From contig MU054400.1 of the NCBI GenBank assembly GCA_013239625.1, forward strand, positions 4,031,802-4,095,801: a DNA stretch of 64,000 nt. The letters are read 5' to 3'. The position numbers were made by a program, and so were the translations under genes. The stretch comes from Lama guanicoe. Lineage: Eukaryota. This document shows, one piece after another, positions 48,771 to 61,520 of this stretch. The notes beneath the pieces were generated by a model, which was given only the letters and a program-made list of their open reading frames with translations, did not search any database and was not told the DNA's origin. Each line of letters begins with the position of its first letter. Positions within the stretch are counted from its first letter, which is position 1.

Positions 48771-49581
48771 GGTACAGTGAATGGCAGAACCAGGTGGAGC
48801 GTCTTCAAATTTGAAAAAAAACCGAAACAAAACAGTAACAACCACCAGGAAGCATCCTCATTTCGGACAAGCTACATACAAGTTTCTAATTTATGTGACT
48901 TGAAAAAAAGAGGTTTAGAGAGTCCTGAAAATATGGAGTTTCTAATGGAAAGGCTGACAGACCCTTAACTACAAGCACGTTGCCAGGCGCCACCATAATA
49001 AAAGGTGGCAAGCGTCCAGGAGTGCTCGCAGCTGCATGCCTGAACTTTATTAAATATCTAACTATAGTTTGCAGGCCCTGGCCAGCTTGTAACTCATTTT
49101 TGGCTGACACATTCCAGCTCATAATTAGTGTAGTCCTTATATGGTCCTTGCTTTTTAATTCTTTTCCTGTAAAACAGGACTGTTCCAAGAGACAAAGATG
49201 CACTTCTCTTGGCAACAGGGAAAATCCATGAATCTGAGTTCTCCAGGCATTTATGCATGGCTGGGATCTACAGAGAAGGGAATCAAGTTCAGCATTCTTC
49301 CATCTCCCCCCAGAGCAACACACAGTCCCCAGATTTTATTTCAGCCTCTGCTGTCAGTCTCTTCTCTTATAAAATTTTGTTTTTCTTTTAATCTGATAAT
49401 GCATAGAAAATTGACTGCTTTTCTCCCTTGGTCTTACTCCCTGGACTAATGTGAGAGATGCAGCCCGTGGAATGGGAATGGAATGAGCGGGATGTGCACA
49501 GATCAAACTTTTTAATAATGAGTCTGCAACTAGCACAGTTGATGTCTGCCATTATTTCCTGGAGTTGCTGTTGTGGATTTC

Positions 49582-49586
<5 letters not shown>

Positions 49587-49618
<32 letters not shown>
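49587..49618. repeat. (TG)16 microsatellite
   Basis: Perfect TG run. Confidence 0.98.
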
Positions 49619-49621
<3 letters not shown>

Positions 49622-49622
49622 C

Positions 49623-50190
49623 TGTACTTAGCTGAGGTGGAACTACATTTCCCAGAGATCTCAACTTGCATCCTTCCAGGTTGACTAGAGCCACAAGATG
49701 TGGGAAGCGGAAGTGCCATGTGGCAGTGTTCTCTCTATCCCCGGAAGCCCGGGGCCAAGCTCTGGTGCTGGTGCAGCTCTCACATGGGGCTGCTCCTCTA
49801 CCTTATGGGAGCTTCTCCAGGTCCACTGGATTAGCCTTCAGCTTCTTCAACTCCTTGGCCAAGTGTGTATTTCGCTCTATAGTGAAAGGCACCAGAGTCC
49901 CCACATTTAATTTGAGTTTTTGAAGAGACCAAAGTGGGTTTCAGTCTGTCCTTGTGGGTTCCAGCTCATCTTCCGGGGTCCTCATCTGTCCCTGCTCTCT
50001 CCACTTCAGCTCCATCCCTAGCTCTCCACATCTTTCCCAGCTGCCTGCCCTGCTGACTTTAGAGCCAGTGCCAGACATAACAACAGCTAATCATCTCCCC
50101 TCATTGTGAAAGGTCACATTCCCAGAATAAATCCCTTATTTTCTATCACTCCCAGTAATTCTGCTCCTTTGGTCACCCTTGCCCGATACG
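49623..50190 (+). mobile_element. ERVL-class solo LTR (LTR41/LTR33-like)
   Basis: AACTACATTTCCCAGA..GCGGAAGTG..GGGTTCCAGCT..CTGCCTGCCCTGCTGAC..AATAAATCCCTTATT..TTCTGCT..GATAC. Confidence 0.7.
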
Positions 50191-50269
50191 GTTGCATGGC
50201 TCTTAATAAGCTAGCCTTAGAACAATGCCCAGGAAGCATTCCATCAGTTTTTGTTACTGAGCCAGACAA

Positions 50270-50395
50270 AACAGGCATTGCTACTCTCTTTTCATAGCTG
50301 AGGAAACTGTGGGCAGAGAGATTCAGTGACTTGACACAGCCAGGAAGTACCAGAGACAGGATTTGAACTCAGACCTTTGAGACCATATCCAGTAA
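50270..50395 (-). mobile_element. MIR SINE fragment
   Basis: CTGAGGAAACTGTGGGCAGAGAGATTCAGTGACTTG..CAGGATTTGAACTCAG. Confidence 0.7.
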
Positions 50396-50439
50396 ACCCT
50401 GAGAGGGCATCTTATGTAAATTGAAAATGTGGAAAGAGG

Positions 50440-51112
50440 TAACATATGAAAAGGTGCTCAATGTCACCAGTAATCACGGTCACACGAGATGCCACTTTCT
50501 ATCCAGTCAGGTGGCAAAAGTTCTTAAAGTTTGGTATGAGCAAGAGTCTTCTCCATGAGAGGAGGGAAGTGTCTGAACGGTTGGTATCAACCAGTACAGC
50601 TACTTAGATATAACTTGGTATTTGCTAAAATTTAAAGGATTCATATTCATGACTCAGAAAATTCACTTTGTGTTATTGACTCGAGCATACATTTCCCTGT
50701 GCACACAAGAAGGCATTTTCAAAGAAGTTCAGTAAACTGAATGTTTGTTAATATGCATAGGACTGAAAGCAGGATGGTGCCTCCATAGTATGGAACGAGG
50801 TAGATCTAAATGCATTGATGTGGGAAGATCTATATGACTGTTGTGAAATGAATAAGAATTAAATCACAGAATGACATATTTAATAGAGTGCACTGCATAT
50901 GAAAACACACAAATAAAACAGGGCTATATATTTTCCATGAACAAATATATGTAAGTAAAAGCATTTTAAAAAACTTGCAAGCTAATCACAGTGATTAGAA
51001 GAGATAGGGGTAGGGGGAACTGGGACTGGGAATAATAAAGCTGACTTTAATTTATGATTTTTTTAATAAAGAAGTATATTCATCTGTAGTTAATTCTTGG
51101 TTTTAAAAAATA
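50440..51112 (+). mobile_element. Old L1 (L1ME-like) ORF2 end and 3' UTR
   Basis: AACATATGAAAAGGTGCTCAATGTCACCAGTAATCA..GAGATGCCACTTT..TGACTCAGAAAATTCACTT..AACGAGGTAGATCTA.. Confidence 0.65.
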
Positions 51113-53079
51113 AAGGCAAAATGTCTGAAAGAAGAGTTATAGACCTCACTGAGTATTAAAAGAGGAATGGTGTGTTTGAATAATTTAGTTAGCACTTCAT
51201 TTTATAGACGAGGTAATTGTCTCTCAGAGTCATGAAATGATTGGCTGAAGGCAGAATCCAATAAAAATTTGAAAGATCAGATTGTCCCAGAAAAATTGGT
51301 AACAGAGTTACTGGGATTTTTTTTTTGTTAATAATCTATGAAGTACTTTGCTGAAACCAGAGTTTATTTTGGGCCACCATTGTGGAGACCTCCTGAGTAA
51401 AGCAGACCCGGTTTTGATGTTCATGATTTGATCTTTTAACCATGTTGCCCAAGGACCCTGTTAAGATCATGCCGGCACCATACTATTGTCTTTGAGTCTT
51501 ATGGTCTTCTGTTAATTCTGTATTTCTTTCTAATGCCTTCAAATTTTCATTGCCTCAGTAAACTCACTTTCTCTGTAGCACATTTAACAATCCCTTGATC
51601 TTTGTCCTTCTTCAAAATCCTCCACATTTGTAATGGTTTCCCAGAAGGCAGAAAACTCAAATACTGTTTCCTACAAGGTTATTCTTAAAATCAACAGAAA
51701 TATGTTGGTGGTAAATTCTGAGTTCATTTGTTCCAGCACCCCAGGAAAGAGAGGTCTGCTTCTGCTTCTACGAATGTAACTGTATCTGGCCTTCTCAAGT
51801 GTGGGAATAACCACTGAGCAGCCCCAAAAGTGTAAGTCCCTTTGGCCCACAGCCTAATTCCAGTCTGCTTATAAGGGCTGTTTGATAGAGTCTAACAGTG
51901 TCCTAACTTTTATTCATCACTTAGTTCTAGCTACATTATCCCTAATTTTAAAGGTCTTCTCTCAATTCCTGATCCTCACCCTTCTTTCTGCCTCAGATGC
52001 TCCACTCCAGATCACTGGGGTGATCACATTTGCATTTTAATGATTTATTGTGTTTTTCTCCTTCGCTGTATTGTGAGCAAGGGGCGAGCTAGGGAGAGCT
52101 AGGACCGGTGGGAACTAGGTTCAGAGAGAAGGAGACTTAAGTCTAACCTCTCTGTGGGTCTCAGGATCTTCTGTCACTGTCCTCTCCACACTCTTTTCAT
52201 CAGCGTTCCAACAACAGCCACACAGCATGGCGTCTGAACAAAATCGTTCAAAAGACACCACTTTTGGAGACTGTACCTTCCTTATGTGTCCATCTAGCAG
52301 CCTCTCCGTCTTGGACAGTGGTCTTTCCATGGTCACCGTTTCTTCCTCCGCCGTCCTTTCTTCAAGGAGAGTGGAAGCCCTCACAGCTCCTGTCAGAAGT
52401 AATTCAGCTCCTCTCCTTTGAATCTGAGCCCTTCTCTTCAAACGTGGTTGCAAGATGCAGAAACAAAGGCACCCAAGAAATTGCAACAGCCTACAGTTCT
52501 CACAAAATATTTTATCACATTAAATATTCTCATAAATTTCACCCTCTCCAGCAAAAATAAATACTTATTTTTTTCTCTGCCTTGACATCTGGGGAGGTAA
52601 GATTAGACCTGATGCCTTTTTCATCCTCTGAAAATTAGGAAGGGCAAGAGGTCATGGCCTCTGATTTATTTCTATGCTGAGGCTCAGATGAGCCAGAATC
52701 TGAGGTCTTCCAGCAACCAGTCCCCTCCAAGTCTTACTCATCTTAAGCTGACATTTCTGAGCTTTGGTTGAACAAGTATGAACACACCCTACAGATGTTA
52801 CTCATATTCTTCAACCTACTGAAAAGGAGAACACTCAAGCCTGCTGTCTTACCGGAACTGGAGTAAACACTGGCGACATGGGTGGAAGGACTGACGGACT
52901 TGTTGGTTTAATATTTTTCCACTTCAAGCTCTTAATGTGCGTGGAATGACTCATCTAACACCAAAATGTCATGCTCCGCAGGAGGTTTCTCTGCTAACTA
53001 TCCAGTGCGTTTTGCCTTGAGTTTTATGTTTTGTGTGATGATGGTGATGTGTGTGTGAGCGTGTGTGATTTTTCCCCAT

Positions 53080-53570
53080 CTATACTGATGTGTAATTGAC
53101 AAATAAAAATTGTCTGTATTTAAAGTGTGCAACTTGATGTTTTGATATATGTATGTGTTGTGAGATAAAAGGCACAGTCAAGCTAATTAACATAACCATT
53201 ACCTCACCTACATACCACTTTCTTTTTTTCCCCTTCGGGCAAGAATACTTATGATTTACCCTCTTGGCAAATCTCAAGTATATAATACAGTACTGTTAAC
53301 TACAGTCACATGGCTATACGTTAGATCTTCGGAACTGAGAACTCTGTACCCCTGATCAACATCTCTCTCTTTTCCCCTCCCCCAAAGGCAACCATTACCC
53401 TCTGCTTCTGTGAGTTTGGCTATTTTAGATTCCACATATAAGTGAGGTCATGCAGTATTTGTTTTTCTGGGTCTGGTTTATTTCACTTAGCGTAATGTCC
53501 TTTAGTTTCATCCATGTTGTCACGAATGGCAGGATTTCCTTCTATTTTGAAGGTTGGATAATATTCTGTG
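53080..53570 (-). mobile_element. L1MA-like 3' end
   Basis: TAATTGACAAATAAAAATTGT..TCAAGCTAATTAACATA..TTAGATTCCACATATAAGTGAGGTCATGCAGTATTTGT..GGCAGGATTTCCTTC. Confidence 0.88.
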
Positions 53571-54197
53571 ACTTTTTTCAAATGTCAAGGGTTTTATTGC
53601 TTAATTTGGGAGCATGTTTATTAGAAAATGTGACTCTTGATTTCTTACCTATCCACCTTGGTCTTCTGAGGTGTGATTTACAATATTCACAAGAAAGAGA
53701 AATCCCACCAAGGATGTTAATGGAGATGATCTTCTGGAGGGAGATGATGGAGAGAGAAGATAAGTTGACATTTGATCAGAAGTAGCTTAGTCTATGACTA
53801 ACGAAATCAATTAGAATGTACTAGTGTCCCCTGTGTGCTAGGTACTTTGGGAATAAAAGCTATGGATAAAAGGCGGTCCTATCCCCAGGGAGGGGAAATT
53901 TATGTGCACTCGACAAAAATCAATAAGCATCAAGTTGTCCTGCTGTGATGCTGGGTTCTGTACTGCTGGTGGAGTCAGGGAAGTCTGCTGTGTTCTATTC
54001 TCTCTCTCTCTCTAGACCCCCGCTCCTGAGGCAGCACCTCACACTGACCCCAACCCCAGCTTCTCAGGGAGGGATGGCAGGGCAAGCAATCTCTACATTG
54101 TTCTCACGTGCTCACGGCAAGATTCAAGATTGCGCTGCTACTCATAAGCATGGACTCACCATACAACTAACCCCACAGCTCTTTGTCTCTTGTTTCT

Positions 54198-54386
54198 CAG
54201 TGGTTTACAAATGCGGCCCCAGACCAGCCAGCTCAGCATCACCTGGGAAGTTGCTAAAAAAAAGTAAATTCTCAGGTCCAACCTCAGGCTTCCTGAATCA
54301 GAAACCCTGGGGGTGGCACCAGGCCATCTGTGTTACAACAAGCCCTCCAGGTGGTCCTGACCCCCTCTAAAGTCTGAGAACCTCTG
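54198..54386. mobile_element. MER5A-like hAT-Charlie MITE, full length
   Basis: CAGTGGTTTACAAA..CAGCATCACCTGGGAA..CTGAATCAGAAACCCTGGGGGTGG..AACAAGCCCTCCAGGTG..TGAGAACCTCTG. Confidence 0.88.
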
Positions 54387-54974
54387 TCTTCAGCCTTTTC
54401 CTGGGTAGATGCACTCTTGTCATGAGTGTACCAAGCATAGGGCTTTTGACAGTTCTTGCTCACTTACAGCTGGTCATCTCCCTCCTATCTCTTACTGTAT
54501 TTATACATTCTCCACACCACCACAAATTTTGTTTTCAAACTGCAGAGCAGATTCTTTCTTTCTCCTTGTTGAAATGTGTTGTGCCCTGTAATTGAATGAA
54601 GTTTCAGATCCTAAGAAGACATGCAAAGTTCCCTACGATGAGGACACTCAACCTGCCTTTATGACCGTCTTTCCCACAGCATCTCGTCAACCTCCGTGAA
54701 GTCGCTAGTCTTCCAAGCTCCTTGTGCATTTATGTCTTCCTATTCTTTTCTTACTCTGTTCTTGGGCATTACCCTTCCCACTGGACTCCAATTCGCTGTG
54801 AAAACTTTTAAATAACCTTATTTTCCTATTAGCTTATCTCTCCCAATAGACTGCTCACCTCTTGGTAGCACAGATAAAACTTTGTCCCTCATTGCTTTGA
54901 ATGTCTCCCTATCCACGCTTTGGCTAGTTGGAAGTATAAAACCTTCCCCAGATTTCTGACAAATGTAGGTATAT

Positions 54975-55038
54975 GTGGTGGTGTGGTGGTGGTGGTAGTG
55001 TGTATGTGTGTGCATGTGTGTGTGTGTGTGTGTGTGTG
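54975..55038. repeat. Compound (TGG)n/(TG)n microsatellite
   Basis: Read directly. Confidence 0.9.
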
Positions 55039-55595
55039 GCTACATTCTCCTGACTTTCTCTGCCATTCTTGGCTCTGTTCACATGCTGAATTTGATGCCA
55101 CCATTTTGTTCCTAATGCAAAACAGCTTCTTTTGGTTCCATAATGAGAAATGGCCTAATTACTTGTACTGAAGCTTCATGAATTTGATAGACTTTCTGGA
55201 AAAAGAAAATTATTGGGTGGATTGGTCATGGGAAGACATATTATTTCGTGCCCAGCTTCCTACCAGCCAGACCTGACTTCCTTCCTCGTCTGTCTCCCTC
55301 GCTCTCTCCCATGCCCGCCCTCTCACAGGCTGTCCGGAGGCTCCAGTTTGCTCCCTCCATTACACAGAGCAAACTTCCCTGGCCCTTTAATGCCAGGACC
55401 CCGGCTCAGGGGTGCTTACAAGTCTTACCTTTTACTTTGGTGCTTGTCCAACTATTTCACTTCACGTGTACAGTTGCTTCTTAAAGGAAATCTGGGTGCC
55501 GTGTTAAGATCAGAAAAATTTCTCTTTCTCATCACATCTATATTCTCACATTTTCTATTGTGATATTGCCAAGGACATTCAGAAAAAAAAATATT

Positions 55596-56028
55596 TGGCT
55601 GTCCACCATCCCAATGCTTTCCCATTTTGGGAGGAATCCAGGATAAGTGGAAGTTGATGGGGTCAGATAATGAATTTCCAGAGCGTCTTTGGGGACTGAA
55701 TAAAAACCAAGGTTAATTAGAGATTATTCTTTGTGGTTGCTTCTGTAAAGGCTGGTGTCCAGCACAGTGGGCTGGTGAGTCTATTGGTGGCATGGTGGTG
55801 ACAGTGAGTGCCCACTGTTCCTGGTACCATGGGCATGCCCTGAAAAGACACTTCCCATGGCTGGGGCTTGGCTGCTCTTTGCCTTCCTGGGTTCCCTCCA
55901 CATCTTGTTCTCCAGACTTCTCACGGATTCCCTGAGGTACCCAACACCCATTCAATGAGTTCCCTTTCCTGTGTAAGTTAATCAATGTCCATTTCTGTTG
56001 TTTGCCACCAAGAACCCAGACTAGTGCA
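55596..56028 (+). mobile_element. MaLR solo LTR (MLT1K-like)
   Basis: 3' end CAATGAGTTCCCTTTCCTGTGTAAGTTAA..TTTCTGTTGTTTGCCACCAAGAACCCAGACTAGTGCA. Confidence 0.6.
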
Positions 56029-56556
56029 AACATTTTGCATATGACCTGCACCTCAGAATACTTTAAATGGATATATTGAATGCTCAAAATGGCCAAAATT
56101 ATCAGTGATTTTTTTTATTTTATCATTTTGGGCAGTATCAGATTGACCAACATTATCCCATGTTTTTCTTCTATCTTCTGTAGATTTAGAGCTAAAGTGC
56201 ATTTTTTATTTGACTATAAGAGTTTATTTTTATTTAACTCTAGGAGAGGTTAAAATGTCCAGATATTACTAGCTCTGAAGATACTCTAACCCCTGCTCTT
56301 GTAGTCTTCTCTAAGACATGTGTCAGGGGAATAGATTTAACCTGTATTCTTGAATGGAACGAGACTGCTTCTAGACATAGCATTGCAGCGAAAGTCCCAA
56401 AGTTATTAGCAGCCATTAGTCATCTCCTAATTTCTTTATGAGTTCCTCATTTTGGCAGGCCTGGACCACATACCAGCCACAGATGTTGAAGGGAGTGTCT
56501 ACGGGCAACAAATAGCTCAAAACTCTTGAGTTTAGAATTTTATTTAAGTGGTTCCT

Positions 56557-56892
56557 GCAGCAAGAGTTTTAAGGCTGTGTTCTGTAGAGCCCAGGGGAGT
56601 TCATGGAGCTTTTGGGGGGAATCCCCTCGGGGGAAAGGGGTGTATGAAGGAAATGACAAGGGCCAGAGTCTCTTCCTGCAGAACAGCATCTTTTTCTTTT
56701 CTTTAAGCATTAGGTTTTCACACAAACCAGTGGACCCTTTTGAGAAGCCAAGGAAAACTCTGGGGCCCTACTCCCCAGAAAAATGCACATGCACACATAG
56801 AGAAGAATTTTGTATGTATTTATAGGATGTTCACAAACTCTCTGATGGTCTTTTTGGACCTTTATTCCATAGGCTCTCAGATTAAGAACCTT
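56557..56892. mobile_element. Adjacent hAT-Charlie MITE remnants (MER103-like and MER117-like)
   Basis: CTGTGTTCTGTAGAGCCCAGGGG; GACCCTTTTGAGAA..CTCCCCAGAAAAATGCACAT..CAGATTAAGAACC. Confidence 0.55.
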
Positions 56893-57419
56893 TAAGGAGA
56901 GCTTTCCTAGTTGAAGGCTGCTTTTTCTTAAGAAAGAAAAAAAAAAAATAGAAGGACGAAAGCCACCACCTATATTTATACATGTCTGGATTCTCTCAGT
57001 ATCTTGACGTCTAGTCAGTTCCAAAGAGCTGCATTTATGTGGCCCTTCGAAATAGAGTTCATTTGCACGCAAAGGTGCGTGTAAAGAAGCTTTGCCCTTG
57101 GACAAAACCAGACCATTTACCTGTTTCCCATCCAGAGGACTGTTTGCTATGAACAGTTTCTCTATGGAATATGTCTTCTTGAACACCCTTATGCTGGAGA
57201 TGACTCAGCGTTTTACAGGGACAGGCTGATGTAAGGAACTCACTATCTGGAAGGCATCCTCAGGGGTCCTTAGACCCCAGGGAGCTAGGAGATCTAAATC
57301 AATAGTAAAGAGAAGTCCAGTGAGAATGGCAAGAAAGCCAGGTATGGGAAAGAAGGGACGAAATCTGGGGAAATGCAGAAGGAAGGAGGAAAGGATGAGC
57401 TTGACAAGGGTCAGAAACT

Positions 57420-57960
57420 TACTAAAGCACTTCTTCCTTCCTCAGAACCTGTACACATGTCATTTCCTCTGCCTGGACCTCTCACAACACCCACCCCAAG
57501 TTATGGTGGAGGTGTGACTCCCCTTCACTTTTTGAGTCTTAGATGAAATGTCACTTCCTTTTCCTCACCACCACCCACATAAAAGGTAAAGTTTCCTCAG
57601 TTATTCTTTTTCATAGAGTTTTAAAAATTTCTCTTAAAACACGTATCACAATTTTAAATTGTATATATAGTGTGGGTGTGTACATATATATATATATATA
57701 TATGCACACATGCACACTTACATATATATAATTTTTAAGGGCATATAGTTAATTTACATACTGAAACATGTATACCATTACATATATTATATATTTTATA
57801 CATAAGTATTTTCCATATTTGTATATTAGTGTCTGTCCTTGTTCATTGGCTGTCACTCTCTGTCTTCTATTATAAGCCACTGCAGGAGAGGGACTGTGTC
57901 TGTTCTGTGCTTGACAAAGAGTATGATTGCTCAGTGAATCAGTATTGTGTGAATGAATGG
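57420..57960 (+). mobile_element. L2 3' part with internal (TA)n-rich tract
   Basis: CCTCAGAACCTGTACACATGTCATTTCCTCTGCCTGGA..AAATGTCACTTCCT..GAGGGACTGTGTCTGTT..TGAATGAATGGA. Confidence 0.7.
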
Positions 57961-58998
57961 ATCTCTAGAAAGTTTTAATGCAAGAAAGTTGCATAAAGCA
58001 TGATTCTCCCTGGGCTGGAAGGAGAGCCATGCTACCCCATGGCTTAAGGATGGATAATTTAGACTCAGGATGTGGAGAACTGGTCGAAAGAAAAGAATGT
58101 TGGCTTTTAGAGAAGGACCCAGTCAGAAAAAATAGCTGGACTCAGGAATTGCTTTGTTCTGAATTTCTGTGTCAGAATCCCCAAATGAAGGCCACTTCCA
58201 GCTAGGAAATAGCCTGGCCCTGCTGGCAATCTCAGCTCCCACCTCTAGCCTGGAGTTGGATGGTAACTCTGAAAAAGGGGGCAGCAAGGAAACAGAGAGC
58301 AAGACCATTATGTGGGGTCCTGAGGTGGCAGCTCCTCAGAGCTCTCATGGGGGTGGTGGAAATGGTCATGAAGGTGACCAGGTCTGCCTTCTCCTGGCTT
58401 TACATAGCGTGTTCTCCACGCTCACCTGCAGCTCGTGGCCTCAGCAGCCCAGGTAAAGGGAACACTGTTGAGGACGAGTAAGAACTTCCCGGTGAGGGTG
58501 CAGTTTCCATCTTCTTTGGAGTCTGCTCCCGAGCCTTGAATCTGTAGCCCTGTTGACCCCAGGTGATGCTGGAAAGTGCAAGCTCTCAAGAAAAGGATTC
58601 TGTGCCCGAGTGCGAACTAGAAAACTTCCCTTTTGCTGGGACCAAACCAACACAAAAGGAAGATGAGGGCTAGAAATGGAACAGTGCCTCATGTAAAAAT
58701 GCCCACGTGGAGGTAGGTGAGAAAACTGAATTGATTATGTTTAAACAATTTCACAATTCATAGGACCCTTTCTGGAGTGTAATTACTTTTAGATAAGTAA
58801 TGAGATGAATAACAGAAAAGGCATCGGTATTACATTTTTGTAGTTTGAGTTCACCACATAAGTTGACTTTTCTTGATCAGTTAGAGGGAACATAATCCTC
58901 TAGTCTTGCCTGAATTGCTCGGATACTTACGAGTGATCTAACTAATTTCACTTCATGCTCCATAGATGTGGCATTAGCAAATTTTATATATACAGTAT

Positions 58999-59027
58999 GT
59001 GTGTGTGTGTGTGTATATATATATATA
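58999..59027. repeat. Compound (TG)n(TA)n microsatellite
   Basis: Read directly. Confidence 0.93.
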
Positions 59028-59069
59028 GTCTCTGCTGTAAAAACTCTAAAAATATTTGGCTTTTAAAGG

Positions 59070-59230
59070 ACTCTGAGCTCAAGGAATCAGGAACTTGGTT
59101 TTGAGTCCAGGTCTGCCACTTACTAAACGGATGACCTTGGAGAGGTGACAGAGTGACCGGCACCCGTGACTAGGAAGGAAGTTTGGTTTAGGTGATCACC
59201 AAGGTCCCACTATAAGAGCTGATGACATTC
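59070..59230 (+). mobile_element. MIR remnant
   Basis: GGAATCAGGAACTTGGTTTTGAGTCCAGGTCTGCCACTTACTA..TGACCTTGG. Confidence 0.65.
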
Positions 59231-60819
59231 TTTATGAACTCGGGAATTTATGCTGACATCCTTCCTCTCCTGTAATTTAAAGAAAAGGGAGACTGACTAG
59301 TGAACGTAAGTGATTTTTGTTCTCCAGTCTACCTGCTCCAGGGGTCAGCACCATGGGGTAGGTGAATGACTCCTGATTTGTGCTAGCACCCTCCCAGGGG
59401 TGGGCTGAGACCGTCTCAGCCAGGGGTTTCACCCAGCCAGATAAAACACATAAGGAGAGGCGAGGGAGTTTATGTGTGTTTGTTGAGTAAACCAGGATTA
59501 TAGGCAACTTTGTCTAAATCCTAGATTCCACATTCAGCCTACAGTCAGACAACGTGCTAAACAGCTCCACCTTAATAGAAAATTTCACAATGAAACCTCT
59601 TGCGTGCTGAAGTGAAGTCATATACAGCATTTTTGCACAATTTAATGATGTAGAGGTTGAAGCCAAATTTATATGAAGAACAGATGGGCTCACAGCTAAC
59701 AGAAAGGGGAAAAACTGCCCCAGATAGGCTTGTTAAATATTATTATCTCTGAATAGAAGCAGAGAGAAACTGCATTCTGTTTGGAACAAGCTGAAAATAT
59801 CTTAGGATCTTTTTAGTTCACAGTCGTTCTATACATAGGTAAAAAAAGCTATAAATAATGGGATACCTTTTAATCTGATAATTACACCTAGCATTATTTT
59901 CATTAGCAAATTCAGCTGTCCCTAATAAAAAATTCTATTCAAATACACTGTCTCTGAGAGAAATATTTAGAACCTAAGGACAGCAGAGAGAGTGTGGACC
60001 CAGGTTGGCTTTTCTAACTTGTGGGATGGGTCACAGACAAGTGATTTAGAAACTAGGAATACCCCCCTGCTCCTCAAATATTTTCTCCCCTGTCTGTTCG
60101 CAGATTCTTGACATTTCTTTCCCAATGACTTCCTCTCATTTTATAACTAAAACATGAGTTATGAGAGACAAGTACTTTTATAGATATAACATCTTCACTA
60201 AAGTTCTTACTAAAGAGTAAATGACTGATAGAAAAAAAACTTGTCCTCAAATAGTAAATTTCAATGGGACAGCTGGGAAAGGTCATGTAAAGAGAGCACA
60301 GGCTAGCCAAGAGAGTGGAGGGAGTGCAAGAAAGAGCAAGATTTGGACTGGGCTGGAGAAAGACAAGTGTTTCTTATTTTGCTTTTTTTTGCACAGAGTT
60401 TTGTTTTGGCTAGTAGAGGAAATTTAGCTAATTATCAGACTTTTGCCAAAAGTTGGATCTTCAAAGCTGACTTTTAAGGAAATTGTTGATCTGTAAGATG
60501 TAATAGTATCACAGTGTGGCCCCAGCTATATTCATCAGTGCATTCAGTTAGTATCTGAAATGCTTCAATCAGTGTGATATCTTTGGTGAGTGTCTCTTTT
60601 GATGAGTGCTAAAAGGCAGATATCTCTGGGAGGGTTATTTCTTTGAAAGAATCATCCTTTTTTCACATATATATTCACACATATAGAGGGAAGGGTAGGA
60701 AAATAGGGCTGATAGGAGGATAGAGAAAAGCTGTAACTGGGTGCCTGAGAGGAAGACAAAAACTAAAAAGAACCCCCTAAAAAAAAGTGAAGAAAGAGGA
60801 AGCTGGGACAACAAAAACA

Positions 60820-60960
60820 AGTAGTGATTATAGTAGTAGTAGTAGTAATAATAATATTAATAATAGTAATAATATTCGTAACAATAAAATAAAGCATGTT
60901 GAATGGTTTCAATATGCCAGGCACTCTTTTGAGTAGTTTACACATATTAACTCATCCAGA
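60820..60960 (-). mobile_element. MIR 3' end with (TAG)n/(TAA)n tail expansion
   Basis: TAGTAGTAG..TAATAATAAT then TATGCCAGGCACT..TTTACACATATTAACTCAT. Confidence 0.65.
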
Positions 60961-61002
60961 GAAATCTGCCAATATCACCATGTAAATATCTGTTCTTAAA
61001 TT

Positions 61003-61520
61003 AGTCATTCATTCAACAGATCTTCACCGACAGTCCATCATGTGCCAGACACTTTTCTAAGGGTTAGAGTTACAGAGGTTAACAGAACAGTGAAGTGTGC
61101 TGCTTTTCAGAATCTACAACTTAGTGGGAGAAAATCCTGGAGGATAAATAGACATGTAATGTTATTCCAGTTAACGATCAGCTCCCTTGTCAGGATGGAG
61201 TGATAGAGACGGGTGTGGGGTGGTAAGCAGTCAGGAGGCACCTCTCTGGGGAGGATTTGGGCGACCCCACACCTGAATGCGGGGGAGTCGGCTGCATGAA
61301 ATGGGCAGGGGATGTTGGAAAAAGGGTTCAGCACTTGCAAAGGCCCTGGGGTGGGGCAAGTTTAGTTTGTTCAAGGGATTGAAGGAAGGCCAGTGCATCT
61401 GGAGCACAGGGAGCAAAGAGAAGATGGGTAGAAGGTGACTGAGGCCAGCCGGCTATGTATGGCCTATAATTTGGATTTCATTCAAAGGGATAGGAAGCAC
61501 TTACAACTAGCAGGCTCTGA
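61003..61520 (-). mobile_element. L2 3' part
   Basis: TCATTCATTCAACA..ATGTGCCAGACACT..CAGCACTTGCAAAGGCCCTGGGGTGGG..GAAGGAAGGCCAGTG. Confidence 0.75.

Noticed and set aside
48600..48845. Charged K/E/R/G-rich ORFs on the minus strand
   Set aside because: Translation of the purine strand of a CT-rich low-complexity tract.
51007..51030. Canonical G-quadruplex motif
   Set aside because: It lies in the G-rich tract of an L1 3' UTR, an ordinary feature of L1s.
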